In this document: positions 1 through 12,273 of the stretch, in pieces | Layout: each line of letters opens with the position of its first letter | How positions within the stretch are numbered: the stretch's first letter is position 1 | Assembly (NCBI RefSeq): GCF_006345805.1 | Contig: NC_043003.1 | Coordinates: forward strand, 45,136,001 to 45,200,000 | Direction: 5' to 3' | Length of the DNA: 64,000 nt | From: Octopus sinensis | Taxonomy: Eukaryota | Program-made: the position numbers and the translations under genes | The notes under the pieces: generated by a model | Told to the model about the DNA's origin: nothing | Databases searched by the model: none | Seen by the model: the letters and a program-made list of their open reading frames with translations, nothing else

Positions 1-422
1 AACGGAAGGAAAGTGAAATATAACGAATAAATAGATTGACCCTGAACAAATTGTTTCATTACTAATGTAATTTTTGATTGATTGATTGATTTTAGTTTCA
101 GCTCATGAGCTGTGGCCATGCTGGGGCACTACTTACATACACATCTATAAATCTTCGGCAGAGGTTTGTCTTAAATGCAATTAATTAGATCGACCCGAGC
201 GTCAAAACGAATTGCATTTTTAGTTATGCATAACTAAAAATGCAATTCGTTAAACCGCTCGTGTTTTTGACGCTCCGGTCGATCTAATTAATTGTATTTA
301 AGACAAACCTCTGCTGAAGATTTATAGATGTGTATGTAAGTAAAACTACATATTACATTAGTAATAAAACAATTTGTTCAGGGTCAATCTATTTATTCGT
401 TATATTTCACTTTCCTTCCGTT
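1..422. repeat. Long imperfect palindrome (foldback); left arm cut by window start
   Basis: 1-72 is the reverse complement of ~351-422, ~131-205 of ~256-341, and 206-251 is a perfect palindrome centred on 228/229. Confidence 0.9.
73..130 (-). mobile_element. 3' tip of a CR1/L2-type LINE with (ATCA)n tail, inserted in the left palindrome arm
   Basis: Minus strand reads gccccagcatggccacagctcatgagctgaaactaaaatcaatcaatc, matching the 3' end of the LINE at ~52160-52205 (gccccagaatggccacagctctgagctgaaactaaaa). Confidence 0.7.
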
Positions 423-624
423 AAATGTATGTTAATTCTAGTTGGAAACATCTTTTTTCTGTTGCTATACTATCGGAGCTATTTTTAGCACTAGAGTTAT
501 CCACATAGTGGTTAACTCTCTAATAATTTATGTATAAATTTGTATTTTCTCCGTAGTTTTTTGTGCTAAGCCACTCGGTGTTAAATTAATGGTATTATTA
601 AATTAATATCAATTTTTCACCCTC

Positions 625-704
<80 letters not shown>

Positions 705-863
705 TAGATAGATACACACACACATATATATATACACGCACACATGCATGCATATACAACAAACACACGCAACATATGTGCTTTTGAATATATTCCTATA
801 ACGAGTGAGCACAACGTTGTATGTGAATATATATATATATATATGTGTGTGTGTGTTGTCTTA

Positions 864-901
<38 letters not shown>

Positions 902-2164
902 TATTTGCGTGTGTATGATTTAGCTACTATATACAACTTGATGCAATGGTTTTTAGTTCCACGATGTGGCACATGCCTAGCGTATTTTGCTTATGAAGAA
1001 GCTTTCGTTTATTTCTATGTTTGTACAAATTCAGGTGCTTTGTACAGCGACCCCTAAGTGAATACAAGTTTTAACTGATTTTCTTTGCAATTGTAATATC
1101 AGATTTATATGCTAGATCCTACTGGAAGCACTCAGCGATTGACGAAACAATTAGCCAATGTCCGAGAGTCATATTTTTGCTTAGGTGAAGGCACGTTTAT
1201 ATAGCTTTTATGTTGTTAATGAACATCTACTTAAACATGTTGCTTAAACATGTATAGCTTATTTTTACACAATCCTTCTTAAATATTTTATTATATGCAT
1301 GTTCTGCAGAGAGGAGAGATTTTATGATAGCTGCATTTCTTTTGATTTAGAAACTGGCTGATCGATGCAGTTAAATTATTTTCTTTCATTACATTAGTTA
1401 AGTAGGGGGAATTGATGACGTTTTATTAAAAGTACTAGTGTTCATGGTGGCAGTGGGAGTAATGATAACAGAGAGAGAAAGAGTGGGTATGTGAGAGAAA
1501 GAAGTAAATCAGGTACAACTTTGCTTAACTGTGTCTCTGATAGAAATTCATGTCGCCAATATACTGAACACTATCATTTTTGTTTTATTTTTTTGTTTTC
1601 TTTAATACACACACACATGTATATATAATACACTTTAACTGAAATAAAGTTTCCCCAAAAGTAAATACATCTAATATAATAAATGTGAATGGCAGTGTGT
1701 TAGTGTGTCACATTTTTCAACTTTACAACTTTACTCCTGGAGGCCGTAGCCCAACGTATTATACCTTTTTGGATCACGTTGACTCCGTGAGTAAATTAAA
1801 AACATTTCGGGCCGAATCTGGACCCACAATCCTGAAATTTTGGATTCCCAAGTTTTCATTACTGTGATTGTTTTGGGCGAATCTTTACGAGCCTTTTGCG
1901 ACAAATTTATTTTTACGATAGCAATTTTTATAATCTAAACGCTAAGTCCGTGATTAAATCAAAAATATTCCGGACCGAACCCAGACCTGCAATCCTGAAA
2001 TTTTGGTTTCCTATATTTTCAATACTGCGATTGTTTCGGCGCTTTTTTTTACGTGATTTTTTGCGACGAATATGATCATCATTGGGATATGACTCTGGTG
2101 GAAGCAATTGCAACAAATTCTGCAAAACAAGTCAGAGATCTGTTTGCAGATCTTACTATTTAGG

Positions 2165-3880
2165 GTCAGTTGCTTAAAAGCCGTGTACTAGCTAGAAGTC
2201 CGCCCTATCGGGCGGCTTTCCGGTATCGTTCCTTCATTAAGGCAATTTCTAGGTTGTATCCCCAAGCATCCCATGCACACTACTAAATTTCTTTAAACAG
2301 TACCCTTGAAGTAAATCTGGTCCTGGGCTCTTCCAAGTTTTCCGAACGCTTTATTCATTAATGCACCAGTTAATCTTAGATCTAGCGGCTTCTCACTCAC
2401 GACTTTTCCCTCACTTTCTTTAACCATACTGCATCCCCGTTATGATTGACTGGTATATCTCAAATGTTACTGCAGAACTATCAAGCTTCTTCTGTATTAG
2501 GCTTCTCATCTACAGTACTTCGTTCTCTACTATTTATTTGGTTATAAAATCTCTTCTAGTCTCCCTCAAATAACCTATTTTATTGATACTGATCTATTCT
2601 TTTCTGATAACTGGAGAGCTCCCTGCTACTGTTATGATACGTTGTTTCAACTCTTCTATTACTGTCTCAAATCCTTTCTCTTTGACTAAATAGGTGACTA
2701 AATATCTTTTCTCGACGGAATAATTTCATCTTGTGTTTTCTAACTTGCTTGTTTTCCAGGTTTCTATTCTACTTAGACCTTGCTTAAAACTTCATTTTAT
2801 TGTGTAAATTTCCTTTTCTAAATGTTTAATCTTACCCCGTGAGATATCTAATCTGCCGGTGACTACTAACGTCCTGCATAGATGAATAGGTAAGTCTCCT
2901 ACATTTTTAGTATCTATCTTATTGATAACAGAATCTACTTTCCGAGTTATTTCAAGCAGCTTCCTTCTGTTGGTTACTTTTAATACTGGCAATCTTTTTC
3001 TTACTGCCACTCATCTAAAATCTTCTGAACTTCCTCACTTAAATCACTTGAGCCGTTGCTGCCAATTCCCCCTTCCTTATCGGTAGCGCTATTATCATTC
3101 TTCCTTTTAGCTTTTCTTCGGTTTGAGCTGTTGTGTTTTTTCTTCCCCACTTCCTGGTCTTTCTTTTCCAGTTCTCCTGTGAGCTCTTCTACTTCCAATT
3201 CTGCCATCTACTTTATTCTCCTAATAGTATTAGCTTGATCAACTAATTTCTGCTCAGTCATTTTAAACACACCCTTTCTACCGAAGGTGGTAACATCCCT
3301 TTTTATAGACCCTTTTAGGTTCACGGTCTGATTAATATTGCATCGCTATGCTGTTTTCTTCGCTAGTCCATTTCCTCCACTTTGCTCTATTAGCTGATGA
3401 TATTGTATTAGGAGAACAGCTGTGGTCAGTTTGTATATTTACTGAACCACTTCCAAGCAAGAGGTCTTCCGTTAAAGGTCCAGCTTCATTTTCACTGTTA
3501 CAACCACAATTCCTTCGAAACTCCTGTCTCATAAACTGAGGTGAGGTAATGTTCGTCACCACCACCATCACCACTATTGTTTTTCGACATCTGAAGGTTT
3601 CAAACAACTTTTCTACTGCATCATTTGTTGCACCTTTGTGCTGGTGGGGGGGTATGTAATGCAAATTTTCGGGTGGGTAGAGGGGATATTGTATTGTATC
3701 AGTATGTATTGTTATGGGTTTTTTGAATTTTTGAATTTTCCTTCTCTATTCATAATTTTTTCTGTGGTTTACAGTTTTCATAATTCTGCAATTTGTATAT
3801 ACTGGCAGGTGCTTATCTCCTTAATTTTTATCGTGCGTTTAATTTATTATTGTAATAAAAGTTATGTTTACAAATCTGAG
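2165..3880 (-). mobile_element. Degraded 5' half of an R4/Dong-clade non-LTR retrotransposon ORF
   Basis: Frameshifted minus-strand translation gives RKWTSEENSIAMQY, TEQKLVDQANTIRR, RKRLPVLK, QYQ*NRLFEGD*KRFYNQIN and NWKSPGPDLLQGYCLKKFSSVH, in the order expected for R4/Dong N-terminal region to RT start. Confidence 0.8.
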
Positions 3881-4503
3881 TAGTCAGGGATAAACGAATG
3901 GTAAAATTTTCTCATAATGTTGTAGATATTAAAATTTTTAATTTTCTAAAGATGATCGTTTGTATGACCGGCCACAGAAAACTGTAAAAAGTGTTCTTGC
4001 AATAGTAGGATGTTTACATCCTTGAATATTCAGGCAGAACGGAAAGAGAAGGAACGAAGTTTAAAATTTTCATAGAAAATTGTAGATATTAAAGACGTGC
4101 TTCTGGCTCTTCAACTTTTCTCAGTAGGAAATAGCAAAGAGAGACATCTGGAGCAGATTCTGAAGCAGTGAATTTGCCTATGGCAATTGAAAAATGCCAG
4201 GGGTGTGGCTCTGTGGTAAGAAGTTTGATTCCATCCTCACACTTGCGGGTTCATTATATACGTATTTTAGTCATGCTATTTAGCTGCCTTTAGTTTTGGG
4301 CCGTAGGCTCAAATAGCACGGAGTGCGGCTTTTACGTTTTTATAGATTACCATAGATTACTATAAACGTGAAATTTTCTTCACGATGACTGTAGTGATTT
4401 TCCTTTAGAAGTTGAAATATGGCTCAAGCATATTTTAACTAACCAGAAAATTATATGTGTGTGTGTCTGTGTGTCTGTGTGTGTATGCATACCAGTATAT
4501 ATG

Positions 4504-4542
<39 letters not shown>

Positions 4543-6280
4543 GCGCATACATATATATACAAATAGATATACAAATGCATATACAAATATATACAAATGC
4601 GCATACAAATATATACAAATAGATATACAAATGCATATATAAATACACACATATATGAATGTGTGTGTATATATATTTATATATTTATATATACGCACAC
4701 ACTATATATACATATATGCAGAGATACAAGTATATGCATGTGTGAGTTTTCTGTTTGTGTGAGTGTGCGCGCACACGCATGCGTGTGTCTGTGTGTGTAA
4801 GGAATCAGCTTTGAAGTCATAAAAACATTTTTCCAAAATAAAAATATTAGTCACCCCACGTATTGATTGAATTCCAGTAAAAATTATACGGTTATTTTTA
4901 TATACTTTTGATACAGCAACCTTTCCTACAGATACGTGTGTGTGTGTGTGTGTGCGCGCGCGTGCTTTTATGTCTATACCTATGTATTTGTCTGTGATCT
5001 TGTATTTGTACGTGGGTGTGTACATATATAAATTTGTTCTTAAGGAGAATATTTATAATTTTCAGCCTTTTGATTGATAAAATTAGATCTTTTTACATTA
5101 GAGAAACACGACCAGCACAGTATTATCTACATAAAAGCAAAAGCTATATTCGAAGAAGCCTGCTGCTATGCGATTATTTAAAAAGCAAGAAATAGCATTG
5201 GCATTGCCTCAATTCCTACGACTTTATATATAAAAGGCGATTTGGGCCAATGCATATCCAAATATACAAAATTACTCGATATTCTTGTGGCCTGTAATAA
5301 CATGAGTAATAGGTGCATTAATAACAACTTTAACACTGGGGATTGACGTATCTCTGACCATTCACTTATTGTTTTAAGTAGTATAGTAAACGAAAGGGCA
5401 AAGGTAGAGAGGCTCAAACAATAGAGAGAGTAAAGTTGGCAAATTTTATATATCTCAGGTAGAGTGACATTCTCTGAACGAAACGAGGAATAAATTTGAG
5501 TTCACGTCAATCCCATCGTTGCCTGTTTTTTTTTTGTTTTTTCTTTATCCAGATGGTGGTATCCCTGTAGTCATACATTTTAAACCGTATCCTCGTGTAG
5601 ATGGTCATTTGTGCCTGAAAATATGAAAGTTCTTCAAATTTCCTTTCTGCCTTGTTACAATCTCTCTTTTCCTTTTTTTTTTCTTTCTTTATCCTGCTTC
5701 TGTATTTTAATGCTTTAATCGAACTATAACACTCTGCTATCATTATAACTTGCTTTTTATACCTAAATATATATTTAATTCCTCATTTCAGTGCACTACC
5801 TGCTCCACACAGCTGGTCAACTCATCGTCAACTGTAAGCAAGCTAACTATCATGTACTAGCATATTTACATCACTCCCAATTGACAAATTCAAAACTATT
5901 TGCTCTTGTACCACACACAACGAATGTGCTACTAAATCTCAACCTCTGACAATCCCCAAATGATTTGTCTGACACTGGCACGTTGCTCTACAGACATAGA
6001 TCTCATCATTCAAACATCTGTGAATAATTACCAACTTTCAAAATAACATTGTGTTTATGTTTGCGCTGTTATATCGTTTATGGTGGCGAATTGACAGAAT
6101 CGATAGTATGCCTGGCAAAAGTCTGTAGTTTTTCGTTCCAACTCTTTACACTAATGGTTTAACTCATTCTTAGTTGAATTTCTGCTTTCGTTAAGATACG
6201 ATCAATGAAATAAAGTACCAGTCAAGTACTGAGGCGAATAGGTAAGAACTTTCAATCTGAGCTAAAATGCTATCTCTATA

Positions 6281-6845
6281 TTGGGTTGTCCGGAAAGTTC
6301 GTGCCGATTTTTAAAGGAAAGAAAAAGGCCAATAAATACTTGCCATTACATTTTTAATCAACCAAATATGAACCATTTTGTTGCACAATGCATCTCCATC
6401 TTTCCTTTAACTTGAAAATACCTTCTTCCCAGAATTGAGGTGGTTTCAGAATAAAGAATTCATCAAGGTATCGTTTGACGTCATCCAAAGAATTGAAATT
6501 TTTACCATTAAGACTATTCTGCAGAGAACTGAATAAGTGGGATCCTAAGGAACAATATCTGGTGAATATGGACGGTGGGATAACACATCCCAGCCGAGCT
6601 GCAGCAATTTTTTTCTGGTTCCCAAAGCATGAAGTGCCGAAAATGAACTTTCTTATCTTCTATTTTAAAGAGTTACAGAATTAACACAGGTTATAGGAAC
6701 ATAAATCTTCTTCCACGAAAAGATAGCTTAAACTGTGTTCTAAGTGGAGGTGTAGTCAAATCCTGTTTTATGGACTCAACCATGTTCTAAAATAAATCGA
6801 AAGTTAAGCTACTATAAATTAGCACAAACTTTCCAGACAGCCCAA
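6281..6845 (-). mobile_element. Internally deleted mariner element with TIRs and TA target duplication
   Basis: TIRs ttgggttgtccggaaagttcgtgc / gcacaaactttccagacagcccaa, flanked by TA on both sides. Minus strand encodes KLLQLGWDVLSHRPYSPDI and, after a frameshift, a mariner-type C-terminus. Confidence 0.9.
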
Positions 6846-6980
6846 TACATTGTGTATTAAGAAATGAAAACTTCGTATAAACATGTTGCTCCCACGATTG
6901 ATGAAGTAGCAAATTCGTTAGAGAACATGGTCATCACATCAAAGACGACTATCAGTTGAAGGCTGATGAAGCCTCTAGAT

Positions 6981-7226
6981 TAGTGGTTCTGAACTGGTGT
7001 CCACGTTGTCCTTGAGAGTCCATATAAGATTTTTGTTTAAAGATTGTATGCAATAAATTTGTTATACTTCTACAATACTTCGAAAATTATTTTGATACAA
7101 TTCCTAATAATGTTTAATTACAAACATTTAATATGCTTCTTTAAACATCGAATAACTATACGATTCAATGAGAATAAAATTGGAATGGAAGGGCTTCCAA
7201 GGGTAAAGATTAGTTGAAAACCACTG
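6981..7226. mobile_element. hAT (Charlie/MER5-like) MITE
   Basis: Termini tagtggttctgaact / agttgaaaaccactg resemble CAGTGGTTCTCAAC TIRs. Flanks ctctagat / atctacac form a degenerate 8-bp TSD. Confidence 0.65.
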
Positions 7227-7437
7227 ATCTACACTTTTACTTACCGAGTGTCCACATTAATATACACCAACATAACTACACGACGAACGTGTACATCTGC
7301 CCTCTCAAATTTCATTCACAAACTATGAGTAATAATGTGACTGTAATTGAAGAAATTTGTGTAATTGTGTGAAAGGATAAAGCATGCAATTGAAAAAAAC
7401 TGACATCCTAATCATATTGTGAAGCCTTACTCCTTAT

Positions 7438-7634
7438 AATACAGTTCTATATTTGAGAGATGAGGAATTATGTACATTATATACATTATTTACATTTGAC
7501 GGATATTCGTCTTTATCTTGTTTGTTGTTAACACAACGTTTCGGCTGATATACACTCCAAACTTCATCAGGTGTCTTGGGGAAATTTTGAACCTGAGTTC
7601 TCTTTCCTAAGGTATTTTTCGATGTTATTATTAA

Positions 7635-7687
<53 letters not shown>

Positions 7688-7850
7688 TCACTGCCTGGAA
7701 TCAAACTCGGAATCTTGGAGTTAGTAGCCTGCGCTCTTAACCACGACGCCATATACCTCATGAAGGTTGAAGGGTGTATCAGCAGAAACGTTGTGTTAAC
7801 AACAAATAAGTATGGGACAAATATCCATCAAATGTAAATAATGTAAATAA
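7438..7850 (-). mobile_element. Composite SINE: tRNA-like head + (AAT)n + PLE-type tail, with an inverted copy of the tail at its 5' side
   Basis: Minus strand 7750-7682 is tRNA-like (GTGGTTAAGAG A-box, GAGTTTGATTCC B-box), followed by (AAT)n and tail 7620-7438. 7756-7850 is an inverted copy of the tail. Confidence 0.75.
7530..7575 (-). ncRNA. Minimal type I hammerhead ribozyme motif (one stem II mismatch)
   Basis: GACAC-CTGATGA-A-GTTTG..CAGCC-GAAACGT-T-GTGTT. Stem I GACAC/GTGTT pairs; palindromic ACGT stem III; GUU cleavage triplet. Confidence 0.7.
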
Positions 7851-7946
7851 CTTACTCCTTATGCATCTATGTATGCATGTTTGTTTGTATGTATGTATGT
7901 ATTTATGTATGTGTTTATGTATGTATTATGTATATATGTATGTATG

Positions 7947-8105
7947 TACGAGGTGTAGTCAAAATGTATCCAACCTTGATTTTTTTGCACAAAATAATAA
8001 GGACTGAGCTAAATCCGCACAATCATCAAGTAACTGCGTCCTTCCTGACAATGTGCAAAGAAAATTCGTGTCTGTAGGTTGCGCCATTCGTCCACAGTGA
8101 CATGT
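7947..8105. mobile_element. Probable mariner/Tc1 terminal fragment
   Basis: Starts TA-CGAGGTGTAGTCAAAA, similar to mariner-type TIR starts. No partner end identified. Confidence 0.35.
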
Positions 8106-8140
8106 TGAGTACAGAGATGGAGGAAGCTGATGATCTTAAA

Positions 8141-8845
8141 GACAGCGAAATACCTATAGCTTTGTTACCCACAAGGGGCTAAACACAGGGGGGACAAACA
8201 ATGATAGACATAGGTATTAAGTCGATTACATCGACCCCAGTGCGTAACTGATACTTAATTTATCGACCCCGAAAGGGTGAAAGGCAAAGTCGACCTCGGC
8301 TGAATTTGAACTCACAACGTAACGCAGACGAAATACCGTTAAGCATTTTGCCCGGCGGCTAACGATTCTGCAGCTCGCTGCCTTTTAACAGCTATAATAA
8401 TGATAATCGTTTCTTCTATAGGCACAAGGCCTGAAATTTTGGGGGCAAGTGCAAGTTGATTACATCGTTCCCAGTTCTCAATTGGTACTTAATTTATCGA
8501 CCTGAAATTGTGAAAAGCAAAGTCGACCTAGGCGGATTTTGGACCCAGAACATAGCGGCAGACGAAATGCCTGTTTCTTTACTACCCATAAGGGGCTAAA
8601 CACAGAGAAGACAAACAAGGACAGAGAAACGGATTAAGTCGATTACATCGACTGCAGTACGTAACTGGTACTTATTTAATAGACCCCAAAAGGATAAAAG
8701 GCAAAGTCGACCTCAGCGGAATTTGAACTCAGAACGTAGCGGCAGACAAAATACCTATTTCTTTATTACCCACAGGGGGCTAAACACAGAGTGGACAAAC
8801 AAGGACACACGAACGGATTAAGTCGATTACATCAACCCCAGTGCG
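8141..8845 (-). mobile_element. Cluster of about four stacked partial copies of tRNA-derived SINE family A
   Basis: Repeated aaggcaaagtcgacctcggcggaatttgaactc and ggggctaaacacagag..gacaaacaagga blocks. Confidence 0.9.
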
Positions 8846-8849
8846 GAAG

Positions 8850-8955
8850 AAGCTTATTTTATGGTTCATTTAGTCACCATAGATGAAACTTCACTTCGTC
8901 ATTATGATCCCCAGACCAAGCAGCAATCAATGGAGTAGCGCCACAGCAGTTCATT
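8850..8955 (+). pseudogene. Mariner transposase fragment (first catalytic Asp region)
   Basis: Translates to HLVTIDETSLRHYDPQTKQQSME*RHSS, matching the mariner VTGDETW..YDPETKQQS motif. Confidence 0.8.
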
Positions 8956-8959
8956 ACAT

Positions 8960-9010
<51 letters not shown>

Positions 9011-9072
9011 ACATAAAATTTATATTTATAAGAGCACACAAATTGTCTACCTGCTAGAAAGAGGAGCTAAAG

Positions 9073-9549
9073 ACCTCAATTAAACAATGTATAACGTCGA
9101 AAAATTTCAACAGATAAACAACCGTAAGCGGGCGAACGGGTTACATAATTTTAACATACCAAATACAGATCAATGCTAAATGTTTTCGCATTTGGATACA
9201 CTTGGGTCATGACATCTAGTTATGGCGAAAAGCCTCTACTTTCATGCGCAAGTTTTGCCAACTGAAAAATTTTTTTAACTCGTCACATTGAAGCCTGTCG
9301 GCGTTTTGAATTGTCTTGTATGAAAATCAGAACAGCTGCAGTGCAAATATACTAATAAAGAGTAAAACTTGCTGATGAAAATTGCGGCTTTTTGCCAGAA
9401 CTAGAAATGACGATCCAAGTATCTCCAAATGCCAAAATATTTAGCTGTATTTAGCTGTATTTGGTATGTTAAAAATATCTAACCCCTTCCCCAGGTTCCG
9501 AGTATTTTTCTGTTAAATTTGTCAGGGTTAATGGTGATTTAATTGAGGG
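9073..9549. mobile_element. Foldback/MITE-like element with long imperfect TIRs
   Basis: cctcaattaaa..gggttacataattttaacataccaaatacag.. is inverted at ..ctgtatttggtatgttaaaaatatctaacccc..tttaattgagg. Confidence 0.7.
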
Positions 9550-9704
9550 ATTTAGTTCATCATCCTAGCAGGTAAGTACCTTGTATGCCCTTATACATGT
9601 GAATTTTAAATTTTAATTCTATACCTATCAGATGCTGCTTAAGGCCTGCAACCACCTATAATATTGTTGTTGTTATTATTATCAACTATTTATAGTTACC
9701 CCGG

Positions 9705-9768
<64 letters not shown>

Positions 9769-9770
<2 letters not shown>

Positions 9771-9871
9771 CCTGGTGTACCCTTATCAGACGGGTAGTCA
9801 TGATGGGTATACTGGGCTTCATATATTTTACCCCAGTGTCACTTTGATGGCATGCACTGCTCTCTCACTCA
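9769..9871 (-). mobile_element. Truncated copy of (TAA)n-flanked family C element
   Basis: Matches the end of 36463-37017 and is flanked by (AAT)n on both sides. Confidence 0.85.
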
Positions 9872-9941
9872 ATAATAATAATAATAATAATGATAATAAT
9901 AATAATAATAATATAATAATAATAATATAATAATAATAATA

Positions 9942-10030
<89 letters not shown>

Positions 10031-10087
10031 TAATAATAATAATAATATCTATATAAATATTCACTTTTGAATATTCAATCATATATA

Positions 10088-10269
10088 TATATAAACAATT
10101 CATAAGTAAGGGCAAACGAAAAAATGTCTAATGCCAAATATGCCGAAAAATTGGACATATTGTCCATTAACCATATAATTATATGGTTAATGGACAATAT
10201 GTCCAATTTTTCGGCATATTTGGCATTAGAAATTTTTTCGTTTGCCCTTATTTATGAATTGTTTATAAA
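10088..10269. repeat. ~180-bp near-perfect palindrome between microsatellites
   Basis: Centre ccatataattatatgg (10178/10179); arms differ at only a few positions. Confidence 0.9.
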
Positions 10270-10343
10270 TTTAACCTTTAAAGGTATTTTTTAATATGCT
10301 GGTCATTGATAAAATTTTTTTCGAAAAAAATTCATCCTACATT

Positions 10344-10412
<69 letters not shown>

Positions 10413-10729
10413 ATATATACATACATACACGCGCAGACGTCATTCTGTAGTAAGATGCTTGCTCCTAAACACATGATTCCAGCTCGGTCACACTGCGTGG
10501 CACCTTCGGCAAGTTTGTTTCACTATTGCCTCGGTCACCCTTCTTGGCGGGTAAAGGCGTTCTATATCTGCCTGAGTGTGGTGCATTCCTATGCATTGTC
10601 AATAATTTTTATATTTTTCTGTCAAGATTACATATTTCAGAAATTTACCAGTTAATGGGTTCGAAACTGTAAGTCACGACCTGTCTGGCTAAAGTATTGA
10701 TCGCTTCAATCCTGTTTCTTGCATTCAAT

Positions 10730-10770
10730 CATCATCACCGTCATCATTATCATCATCATCTTCATCATCG

Positions 10771-10817
<47 letters not shown>

Positions 10818-10833
10818 GTCATCGTCATCGTCA

Positions 10834-10864
<31 letters not shown>

Positions 10865-11055
10865 CGCCGCCGCCACCACCACCACCCCATCCTCCTCCTC
10901 CTCCTCCCCCTCATCATCATCATCATCATCACCACCACCACCACCACCACCTACAACAACAACAACAACAACACCATCATCATCATCTATCAATACGTAC
11001 ACCATCATCATCATCTATCAATACGTACACCATCATCATCATCTATCAATACGTA
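10730..11055. repeat. Mosaic trinucleotide microsatellite plus a ~24-bp unit repeated three times
   Basis: Runs of CAT/CGT/CCG/CAC/CCT/CAA, then catcatcatctatcaatacgtaca x3. Confidence 0.9.
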
Positions 11056-11721
11056 CAAAGATATATGCGTTTGTATGGTTAGGCATATTTTGTGTAAATC
11101 CGCATGATTCACTATTTCCTTGTACGCACATTAAAATATTCGTGGAGTTAGATTTTCCTATATCATAATCATATGTACACTTGATATAAATGTACATGTT
11201 ATATACTTTTTTGTTAGTGCATGGTGCGCTTTGCGTCCAGTGTATACTTTTCATTATATATATGCTACTGATGTATCCTTTCTACAATCACATATAGACG
11301 TATCTATCTATATATCTTTCTCTATCTGTCTATCTGTGTGTATATGTGTGTGTATGTGTATGTGTGTTTGGTGTGTGTCTTGAGAGAGCATACATTATAT
11401 ATAATCTACCAATATGCATTAAATTTTGTGTTTTCATGTATTTTTAGCGTATACGTCACAAATCACGAGTTATTAAAATCAATTTTACGAAAATTTCTTT
11501 CCCGTTGTATAATGTATGCCATACATTATATAAGATATATATGTATTTGATTATGTGTGAATTCGTATATGTGTTAGTATTTTTGTAACATCTTATTCAA
11601 CGCTATTCGAATACATATAAATATGAATGAAATCTGTCAAGAAATTCTTTTTCTATATCGTACCATTTCCATTTGTTACGCAATCATGCATAAATTCGTG
11701 CATACCTACTTGCTTGTGTGC

Positions 11722-11815
<94 letters not shown>

Positions 11816-11842
11816 AGGTAGATAGATAGATAGATAGATAGA

Positions 11843-11877
<35 letters not shown>

Positions 11878-12029
11878 TAGATAGATAGATATACGCTTAT
11901 CTCTAATGTCTGTTTGTACACACACATATATATATACATATATTCATATGTGTATAGATGTATATGTACACATATATATGCATATATGTGAAGATATATT
12001 CATCTATTTCTGTGTCTCTCTCTCTCTGC

Positions 12030-12060
<31 letters not shown>

Positions 12061-12124
12061 CATACATACATATATATATATGTAAATATATATATACATA
12101 TATGTATGTATGTATGTATGTATG

Positions 12125-12156
<32 letters not shown>

Positions 12157-12226
12157 CATATATATATAATATATAATATATATGTAAATATATATATACA
12201 TATATGTATGTATGTATGTATGTATG

Positions 12227-12273
<47 letters not shown>

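Noticed and set aside
308-350. Possible hammerhead (CTGAAGA..AAAAC) in the first palindrome
   Set aside because: No GAAA and no stem I pairing; too degenerate to call.
7682-7750. tRNA gene
   Set aside because: A- and B-box-like head without a proper acceptor stem or terminator, joined to a repeat body; this is a SINE head.
10697-11168. His/Arg-rich and Pro/Ser/Thr-rich ORFs
   Set aside because: All frames are homopolymeric because the DNA is a trinucleotide mosaic; there is no non-repetitive coding context.
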